DNA of 64,000 nt from positions 23,251-87,250 of the forward strand of contig CALHVG010000036.1 in assembly GCA_938039145.1 (NCBI GenBank), written 5' to 3'. Numbering within the stretch: the first letter of the stretch is position 1; each line of letters begins with the position of its first letter. Origin of the DNA: an uncultured Treponema sp. Its GTDB lineage: Bacteria > Spirochaetota > Spirochaetia > Treponematales > Treponemataceae. The position numbers were made by a program, and so were the translations under genes. Shown in pieces: positions 57,099 through 64,000 of this stretch. The notes beneath the pieces were generated by a model. It saw only the letters and a program-made list of their open reading frames with translations, ran no database searches and had not been told where the DNA came from.

Positions 57099-57610
57099 TT
57101 TCCGATTATTTTCCCCGTTATGTTTTTTACAGAAACAAAACCGTATGCCCTTGAGTCCACGGACTCAGAATAATTGTCGCCCAATGCGAGTATGTAGCCT
57201 TCCGGAACACTGCCGTAGTTTTTCATCATGTCGAACTGGCTTTTTGTAAGCGGAATTTTGTTGCCACCCAAAAAAAGATTATAGCCGGATTCATCACTAA
57301 ATTCTAGCACGGTTCCACCGACGGCTGCGCATCTTTTTACCACGATTTTGTCGTTGTGAAGATACGTGACCAAATCTCCGTCCGCAGGAAAAGCCCATTG
57401 GACTATAAACGAAGACCTGAACGGAACGGGAATTCCATAGGCGAGTCTGTTCACGAATGCCTTCTGTCCGTTTTTAAGCGTCGGTTCCATTGAGGCTCCG
57501 GATACCGCCACAATGTCGAACACAAAAAGTTTTACAAAAAGTCCAAGAAATATTCCTGAAAAAATGCATACTAAAAAAGCGACGGATTTTTTATTGTTTT
57601 CGTTTTTCAT
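57095..57610 (-). CDS. lepB: Signal peptidase I
   Basis: SGASMEPTL, VKRCAAVGG, GDNYSESVDSRAYG. 4-nt overlap with the PBP gene. Confidence 0.9.
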   Translation of the reverse strand: MKNENNKKSVAFLVCIFSGIFLGLFVKLFVFDIVAVSGASMEPTLKNGQKAFVNRLAYGIPVPFRSSFIVQWAFPADGDLVTYLHNDKIVVKRCAAVGGTVLEFSDESGYNLFLGGNKIPLTKSQFDMMKNYGSVPEGYILALGDNYSESVDSRAYGFVSVKNITGKIIGK

Positions 57611-57648
57611 CTGCTACAACAATAATACGACTTTCGATTTTCTTCCAT

Positions 57649-58941
57649 ATGAAAAATTTTCTAAAAGTAAAAGGACAAGCTGTCGATAGTCGAAGTATGG
57701 AAATAATCAGTTACGTGGGTTATGCCGGTAGAAGTTATACGGATTCAAGAGGTTCGCCGGGAAGGCGATTCGGTTCGTGGCTTTCCGAAAAACGAAAAGA
57801 CAGGCGGGGTAGAAAAGAGGCGAGGCCTTTTGTCTCGACGGGAATCGTGCAGGTCGCAAGGGAAAAAGCAATAGCGGCTCGCCCTGTCAGAAGAACTTTG
57901 ACTTTCCAGGATTTTCTTACACTCCTTGGAAGAACTGTAAGCCTTGTAGAGAAAAACGCTTCCGCATTTGCACTTTCCATAAGTTCCGCCGCCGTTGTTG
58001 CCGGCGTTCTTTTCGGTTCGGCATTTTTTTGGAACTACACAAAAGACCACACGGGAAGGCTTCCTTTGACTGAAGTTACCTCCGAGTTGGAACTTTTGGA
58101 TTCAATCATGAATTCTTTTGCAAAGGAGGAAAGCGTTGAATATCTTTCGGACGGCTCTCTTCCCGATGCGGAATTCGGTGCGGGTGCAGCAAAACTTTTC
58201 AGCCAGCCGGTTACGTATAGGGCGTACACGGTCCAAAGCGGAGACACGATAAGTTCAATCACAAGAAAATTCGGACTAAAAAACATTTCGACGATAATCG
58301 GTGTGAACGGAATAGAAAACGTGCGGCTTTTGGCGTCGGGGCAGAAACTGAAAATCCCCTCAATCGACGGACTTGTCTATTCGGTTCAGAAAGAAAACAC
58401 GCTGCAGGGGCTTTCTGCAAAATACAAGGTTTCTGTAGAGGAACTTTTGGACGTGAACGAACTGGAAAGCGCAAATCTTACGGTGGGACAAAAACTTTTT
58501 ATTCCGGGAGCAAGACTTTCGGGCGACGAACTTTTGAACGCGATGGGAGAACTTTTTAAATGTCCGCTTACGTCGAAGTTCAGGTATACAAGTATGTTCG
58601 GTCCTCGTCCCGACCCGATAACGGGCGCAAAATCGTTCCATACTGGTGTTGATATGGCTTGTCCTACCGGAACTCCGATATATTCGTCATCGACAGGAAC
58701 TGTGGCGTTCGTGGGATATTCAAATATCTTCGGAAATTATATAATCGTAAAACATCCGAACGGCTACCAGACGCTTTATGGGCATATGTCATCGACAATC
58801 GCAAAAAAAGGACAGGCCGTTTCGCAAGGGACAAAGTTGGGGCTTGTGGGGTCTACAGGATATTCCACAGGGTCGCATTTGCATTTTACGGTTTACAAGA
58901 ACGGACACCTTGTAGATCCCATGACTGTAATCAAAAAATAA
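57649..58941 (+). CDS. M23-family metallopeptidase with two LysM domains
   Basis: LysM x2 (YTVQSGDTISSITRKF; YSVQKENTLQGLSAKY). M23 motifs HTGVD and GSHLHF. The start is uncertain: ATG 57649 lies 38 nt from the divergent lepB start. Confidence 0.85.
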   Translation: MKNFLKVKGQAVDSRSMEIISYVGYAGRSYTDSRGSPGRRFGSWLSEKRKDRRGRKEARPFVSTGIVQVAREKAIAARPVRRTLTFQDFLTLLGRTVSLVEKNASAFALSISSAAVVAGVLFGSAFFWNYTKDHTGRLPLTEVTSELELLDSIMNSFAKEESVEYLSDGSLPDAEFGAGAAKLFSQPVTYRAYTVQSGDTISSITRKFGLKNISTIIGVNGIENVRLLASGQKLKIPSIDGLVYSVQKENTLQGLSAKYKVSVEELLDVNELESANLTVGQKLFIPGARLSGDELLNAMGELFKCPLTSKFRYTSMFGPRPDPITGAKSFHTGVDMACPTGTPIYSSSTGTVAFVGYSNIFGNYIIVKHPNGYQTLYGHMSSTIAKKGQAVSQGTKLGLVGSTGYSTGSHLHFTVYKNGHLVDPMTVIKK

Positions 58942-59164
58942 TATGCGGCTTAACAAGGCGACAAAATAAAGTTGCCCCCTTTACGGCGACTGCTTTGTTT
59001 TTGCAAAACGGTCGAAGAATTTGAAAAATCCGCATGGAAATGTAACCGTAAATGAAAATATTAAAGGAATCTTCCTGTGCGATACCGGCGGTAAAATCCA
59101 ACGGAAAAAACTTGAAACTTCGTGCAGAAAGATTTTTTAGAGAATTTAGGCAAGGATTTATGGC

Positions 59165-61396
59165 ATGAAATTTTCAACAGCAAAACGAAATATTTTTTTT
59201 ACGATTGCGTTCCTTTTGTTTTCCGTGAATGTTCCGGCGGGAATCAGTTTTTCGGAGGGCGATATAAATCAGGATAATCGGATTCTGTTCACTGTCCGAA
59301 ACGACATTCCGGGTTCTTCCGTGTACTCCACTTTGCTTGAAGCTGCGGTGCGGAACGGAGAGGTAAAAATTCGTCCCGAAATCCTTACGTGCTATCCGGA
59401 GCAAATCGAAATTGTGCAGGACGGAAAAATCCTTCAGTTCAGAAACCGATACGGAACGGCATGGTACGACATCGGAAAAAAAACTTTCGCATGGAAAAAT
59501 CCTACGCAAAAAATGCCGGAAAATTCTATGCGCCTTACAAGCCACAATGTCAGTTCCGACGGAATGTGGAGTTGCTATGTTGAAAAAAAAGATTATGCGT
59601 CCGGCTTCCTTGTGCTTGAAAATATTCATGACGGGAAAAAAGCGATTCTTGATGACAAGGCGGACTTCAGCTATAAAAAAAATCCGTCAAAATGGGGGGA
59701 CGATTCGTCGGTTCTTTTGTACGAAAAGGACGGAAACGTGTTTTTCTGCAATCCAGACGCTGTTCTAAAAGGAATTGAGGCGGACGAGGAATTCAGAAAG
59801 ATAGGAAAAGGAACGATAGATTCTGTCTGCTGGGCTGGCGGAAAATATTTTGTCTACATAGACGGCGACATAATATACAGAATAAACACAAAGGAACTTT
59901 ACACGGTGGGGCTTTATTCCCCGATAATCGGAAAAGGAATGAGCCTTGGAAGACTTCCGCATAAATTTTCGCCGACAAAAGACAGATTCAGCGTAAGTCC
60001 GTTCATTTCTTCTCTTGCGATAATTCATGACGAAAAGGATTTCAGTTGGTACAGGCTAAAAAGTTTTCAGAATTGCGATAGACTTGAGGCTGTCGAAAGC
60101 CGTGCGTTCGGCTCAAAAGATTCGTCGCTTCTGGAATCGAAAATAATATGGAGCGGAAGTCAAGAGCCGTGTCTTTGGGTTTTAAAAATGCCGTTCGATA
60201 AAGAAATTCCGTATGCGACCTTATATAAACCGGACGAAAAATTTTCAAAAATCATGGACATAGAAGATTCGGGATTTCCGTGCGTTTCGCCGAGCGGCTC
60301 TATGTGTGCGTTCAGTTCTGCAGGCACGCTTTATATTTATTCAACGTTGACTTGGAAACAGATTGCAAGCATTTCCGGAGAAAAAACGGAAAGCCTCGCA
60401 TGGGATAGGCGCAACAACCTTTACGCAGGCGGCGACAAAACCACAAAAAGATGGGAATTCGGCACAGGCACATGGAAAACGCTGATGCTTTCCCAAGTTT
60501 CGAACGCATTATGGAACGGTGCGGACTGCATAGTCTCCGAATCCCCGGACGGGAAAAACTATGCCTTTGACAACGAAAGCCGGACATGGATTCAAAGAGA
60601 AGCGGTTTCAAGGCGAGCAAACATAATTCGAAACGAAAACTACAGGATTTTTACAGGGAAAACCAATAATCCCAATTACGAAAATGCGCTTTATATCCGG
60701 AACTTAAAGGGAAAAGCCACGACAAAATCCGTTATTGAAGAAAGCACCCTTCCGTCTTCCCCGAAGAAAAAAGTCGCGCTTTCGATAGAGGCGTATGACA
60801 ATGCGGACGGGGTTGCAAAAATCCTTAGGGAACTTAAAAATTACGGAATACGGGGAACTTTTTTCTTGAACGGAGAATTCATCCGCCGCTATCCGAACGA
60901 AACACGGCAAATCTCGCTTTCCAAAAACGAGTGCGCCTCAATGTTTTTTACGACGGCAAAACTTGTGAACAAAGATTACATGATTGACGAAGATTTTATC
61001 CGCCGCGGGCTTGCACGGAACGAAGACGAGTTTTTTCGTTGCACCGGACGGGAACTTTCACTTTATTGGCACGCTCCGTATTACGCAAAGACGGAAAAAG
61101 CTGTTCAGGTAGGAAAAGAGGCGGGCTATTCATACGCCGAGGCGGACTGCAAACTTTTGGACATCGTTACGCTTTCAGATTCTGCGGCAAAAGGCACGGA
61201 ATATAAAACCACCGCAAAAATAATAGACAATTACATGGCGAGCGTCAAAAAGAATTCCGAAAGCATAATATCCGTGAGCGCAGGGATTTCATACGGAGAA
61301 CGGGAAAGTTATCTTTACGAAAATCTTGATCTCCTTTTAAGCGCAATCCTTGACGAAGGTGCGGAAATTGTTCAGGTCAGGGACATAGTAAAATAA
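59165..61396 (+). CDS. Secreted protein with a C-terminal divergent NodB (polysaccharide deacetylase)-like domain
   Basis: Signal peptide present. GIRGTFFLNG and LYWHAPYY resemble NodB motifs, but the metal and catalytic motifs look substituted (ALSIEAYDNADG, NECASM). Confidence 0.5.
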   Translation: MKFSTAKRNIFFTIAFLLFSVNVPAGISFSEGDINQDNRILFTVRNDIPGSSVYSTLLEAAVRNGEVKIRPEILTCYPEQIEIVQDGKILQFRNRYGTAWYDIGKKTFAWKNPTQKMPENSMRLTSHNVSSDGMWSCYVEKKDYASGFLVLENIHDGKKAILDDKADFSYKKNPSKWGDDSSVLLYEKDGNVFFCNPDAVLKGIEADEEFRKIGKGTIDSVCWAGGKYFVYIDGDIIYRINTKELYTVGLYSPIIGKGMSLGRLPHKFSPTKDRFSVSPFISSLAIIHDEKDFSWYRLKSFQNCDRLEAVESRAFGSKDSSLLESKIIWSGSQEPCLWVLKMPFDKEIPYATLYKPDEKFSKIMDIEDSGFPCVSPSGSMCAFSSAGTLYIYSTLTWKQIASISGEKTESLAWDRRNNLYAGGDKTTKRWEFGTGTWKTLMLSQVSNALWNGADCIVSESPDGKNYAFDNESRTWIQREAVSRRANIIRNENYRIFTGKTNNPNYENALYIRNLKGKATTKSVIEESTLPSSPKKKVALSIEAYDNADGVAKILRELKNYGIRGTFFLNGEFIRRYPNETRQISLSKNECASMFFTTAKLVNKDYMIDEDFIRRGLARNEDEFFRCTGRELSLYWHAPYYAKTEKAVQVGKEAGYSYAEADCKLLDIVTLSDSAAKGTEYKTTAKIIDNYMASVKKNSESIISVSAGISYGERESYLYENLDLLLSAILDEGAEIVQVRDIVK

Positions 61397-61401
61397 GTCG
61401 G

Positions 61402-62568
61402 CTAATAAAGGATTTTTGCAAGTTCCACGGAAATGAAGCCGCTTCTTGCGCATTTGTAAAAATCAGTTTCTTCCCATGCGGCGTAAAGATTTTTCCCGGT
61501 AATCGCAAAACCCGAATACGAAAATCCTTTCGGAAGGCGAGGAAGCCTAATAACAACCGTGTTTCCGTGGTTGAATATTCTTTCCAAAGCCAAAGCCCCT
61601 TTCAAAAATATCGTTCCGTCCTGAAAAAGAACTGCGCTCCACGAATCGGAAATAAGTCCGTATGCGTTTATGACTTGGCTTTCATCGGAAGAAGAGTTTG
61701 CGTTTATGAATTTTCTTGGGCTGTGTCCGCCGGATGTCATCACTGAAATCAAATAGTCTGAATTTTTGAGCGAAGATAAAAGTTCCTTTATTCGTTCCGG
61801 AGCGTTTTCAAAAGGCTCTATGTTTTGCACCGCCCTAAAATCCTCGGCTGAAAGTTCACGTGTCAAAATATTTTTGCTTGCACTTTCCGGCGTAATCGAA
61901 AGCAGGTGTTCTTTTGGTTGGAATGCCCGATATGAAAAATTTACCCTGTCGGCTGTCGTCGTTTTTGCATAGCAGCAGAAAATTTTCCCGTCCCAAATGT
62001 AGTCGGTTATCTCAGTTTTTTCATCGAACCCAAGATTTTCCACATTGACCATGGGATAAGAAACATTTTGGTTTGCGTTGAATTGAACCAAAAACGGATG
62101 AAGTCCTTTTAAATTCCGCTCTGAATCGCCGAAAAATGTGCTTCTGTAAAGCGAATATATCGGCGTGTCGTCGTAAAAAGTTAGATTTCCTGCGGTTCGT
62201 CCGCTGAAAAGTTGCGTGTCGGGCGCAAGAGAAATCAAATCGTTTTCAAAAACAAGAAGCCCGATTCTGTTAACGAGAGCAAACGCCTTTGGAACGCTGC
62301 TGATTTCATCGGAATCTGAAAAAGCGGCGCACGAAATCGATGAAATGCGGGTAGCCTGAGTCCAAGGTTTTTCGGGAACGGCGGGAACTTCGGAAACCTT
62401 TGAGATTTTCCTGTATCCTCCGTCCGAAAAATAGTAAAACTCGTACATCGATGAAGGAAGGCTGATTTTTTCTTCCGCAAGGATTTCGGTTTTGTTCGAT
62501 TTGTTGCAGGATATAAAAATAAATGCCATAACGACAAAAATTGCGCATATTTTCGCTTTTGCTTTCAT
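61402..62568 (-). CDS. Hypothetical lipoprotein
   Basis: Lipobox FIFISCNK. 388 aa. No family recognised. Confidence 0.55.
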   Translation of the reverse strand: MKAKAKICAIFVVMAFIFISCNKSNKTEILAEEKISLPSSMYEFYYFSDGGYRKISKVSEVPAVPEKPWTQATRISSISCAAFSDSDEISSVPKAFALVNRIGLLVFENDLISLAPDTQLFSGRTAGNLTFYDDTPIYSLYRSTFFGDSERNLKGLHPFLVQFNANQNVSYPMVNVENLGFDEKTEITDYIWDGKIFCCYAKTTTADRVNFSYRAFQPKEHLLSITPESASKNILTRELSAEDFRAVQNIEPFENAPERIKELLSSLKNSDYLISVMTSGGHSPRKFINANSSSDESQVINAYGLISDSWSAVLFQDGTIFLKGALALERIFNHGNTVVIRLPRLPKGFSYSGFAITGKNLYAAWEETDFYKCARSGFISVELAKILY

Positions 62569-62607
62569 ACTGAAAAATTATATTTGAGCGAATGATTTAA
62601 GGCAAGT

Positions 62608-63150
62608 TCACGGACGTAAAAGTTTTGCCGAAAAAGTTTTACTTTCTATGGATTCAAGGATTTTTTGACGATTCAAAATCCAAGGATTGTAGCCGTCGTT
62701 TTTTTCTGCGACGTTTTCGAGTTCTTTGCAGAATTTTTGCCAATTGAATCGCGAAATGAACGTTTTCATTGTATTGTCCGAGTTTCCGGCAGATTCTGTG
62801 TGTATATAAAATTGGCTCAGTATTTCTGCGGAAAATCCGTGCAAAGAAGAAAATTCGTTCACCCATGGCCAAACAGCGCCGAAAGGATTTTCCGAAAGTT
62901 TTTCATCGTCTTTTATCGGATACAGAAGAATCGCAGTCGGTGCGTCTTTTTCAAGCGATAAAACTATTCGTCCGCCGGAAAAATCGGTCTTTAATGAAGA
63001 TGATTTTTTTCCGCATCTGGTGATAATTTCCCAAGAATCGGCTTCACTGACTTTTGGAAGAAGAAATTCAACCTGCTCCTGCGTGCTAAAGATTGAGGAG
63101 CAAGCGTTCAGAAAAACCGGACATATAAGCATGAGCAAAAAACGTTTCAT
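62608..63150 (-). CDS. Hypothetical lipoprotein
   Basis: Lipobox VFLNACSS. Start placed at ATG 63150. Confidence 0.55.
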   Translation of the reverse strand: MKRFLLMLICPVFLNACSSIFSTQEQVEFLLPKVSEADSWEIITRCGKKSSSLKTDFSGGRIVLSLEKDAPTAILLYPIKDDEKLSENPFGAVWPWVNEFSSLHGFSAEILSQFYIHTESAGNSDNTMKTFISRFNWQKFCKELENVAEKNDGYNPWILNRQKILESIESKTFSAKLLRP

Positions 63151-63207
63151 GCTTATATTTAGTAGATTTTTTTCAAAAACGGAAGTTTTTCCCAAAAATT
63201 ATGAAAA

Positions 63208-64000
63208 TTATACGCCGGGTTTTGCAAGCACCTTTGAAAGATTCGGGCGTTTTACAAGATCCGCTTTTAGACCTTCCTCTCTTGCCTTGTTCACGTAATC
63301 CGGCGACTGGAACGAATACTTGAAATTCGTGTGAATGTCGTAAGTTCCTTTCATGAGAGCATACGCATCTTCGGTCATCACAAGTTCTTCGTCAGTTGGA
63401 ATCACGAAAATCTTTGTCGCAGAATTGTCTGCATGGATAAATGTCTCGGCGTTGCCCGTAAAACTCCATTGGTTTCTATTTTCATCGATTTTTATGCCGT
63501 AATTTTCAAGACCGGAGCAAGCTTTCCCTCGTGTGATAGGACCTCGTTCTCCGACTCCTGCAGTCCAGACGATTGCGTCGACGTGTCCAAGACAAGCCAT
63601 GTACTGACCTATGTATTTTTTTATTCTGAGCGATTCCATTTCAATCGCAAGGTTGCAGAGGGCATCTCCCTTTGCCGCTTCTATTTCGATGTCGCGCCTA
63701 TCGGAAAATCGTCCCGTTATTCCAAGACATCCGCATTTTTTGTTCAATGCGTTGTCCATCTCGTCGGCGGTCATTCCTGTTTTTCGCATTATGTAGAACG
63801 GAAGGGCGGGGTCAAGGTCGCCGGAGCGAGTTCCCATAACAAGACCTTCAAGCGGCGTGATTCCCATGGAAGTGTCATAACAGACTCCGTTTTTGACTGC
63901 GCACATGGAAGAACCGTTTCCGATATGGCAGATTATTAGGTTCGTGTCCTTGGGGTCTTTTCCCAAAAGCACGGCGGCTCTTTTTGCGGTGTAAAGGAAC
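63208..64000 (-). CDS. ackA: Acetate kinase, C-terminal part (5' end outside the window)
   Basis: [38 protein letters not shown]. The frame is open to the window end. Confidence 0.9.
   Translation of the reverse strand, partial: FLYTAKRAAVLLGKDPKDTNLIICHIGNGSSMCAVKNGVCYDTSMGITPLEGLVMGTRSGDLDPALPFYIMRKTGMTADEMDNALNKKCGCLGITGRFSDRRDIEIEAAKGDALCNLAIEMESLRIKKYIGQYMACLGHVDAIVWTAGVGERGPITRGKACSGLENYGIKIDENRNQWSFTGNAETFIHADNSATKIFVIPTDEELVMTEDAYALMKGTYDIHTNFKYSFQSPDYVNKAREEGLKADLVKRPNLSKVLAKPGV

Noticed and set aside
1-64000. Scanned for CRISPR arrays, rRNA genes, IS elements, integrases, and restriction-modification or other recognisable defence operons.
   Set aside because: No regularly spaced direct repeats, no rRNA-like sequence, and no transposase, integrase, RT, methylase or nuclease-type ORFs were recognised. 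The only defence-like module is the TA cassette at 37104-37925.

Overview
This 64-kb chromosomal segment has one tRNA and about 45 protein genes. Gene content points to a spirochaete, probably Treponema-like. That is an inference from a short AlaRS lacking the C-Ala domain, a stand-alone groES divergent from a sigma-factor gene, many lipobox/TPR/LysM/M23 envelope proteins, and a Maf-like gene. I recognised no rRNA, CRISPR array, transposase, integrase or reverse transcriptase.

Housekeeping genes, left to right: AddA/UvrD-type helicase-nuclease (5' truncated), RluA-family pseudouridine synthase, alaS, SurA-like chaperone, nusB, groES, sigma-70-family sigma factor, recG-yggT-dnaE (minus-strand operon), HAD hydrolase, comM/yifB, an NSS-family Na+ symporter, pgsA, purB, tRNA-Ala(CGC), a DJ-1/PfpI protein, a lepB / PBP-with-PASTA / Maf-like operon, a LysM-M23 peptidase, and ackA (3' part, truncated by the window end).

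Items worth a second look:
1. An exact sigma-54 -24/-12 promoter match directly upstream of the sigma-factor gene.
2. A divergent GC-rich intergenic element present twice. One copy carries a 74-bp palindromic insert.
3. An AT-rich Gp49/HigB-like toxin plus atypical antitoxin cassette bounded by perfect 41-bp direct repeats, with no recombinase.
4. A hairpin-rich leader with mutually exclusive pairings and a U-tract upstream of an unknown polytopic membrane protein.
5. Two copies of a 9-bp-arm palindrome in the same 730-bp intergenic region.
6. A 1597-aa membrane-anchored coiled-coil protein ending in an HTH-like module.
7. A 1489-aa double-activase/dehydratase-like fusion protein.
8. Several tightly packed clusters of uncharacterised secreted proteins.

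All calls rest on motif recognition by eye. No database search or folding computation was run.
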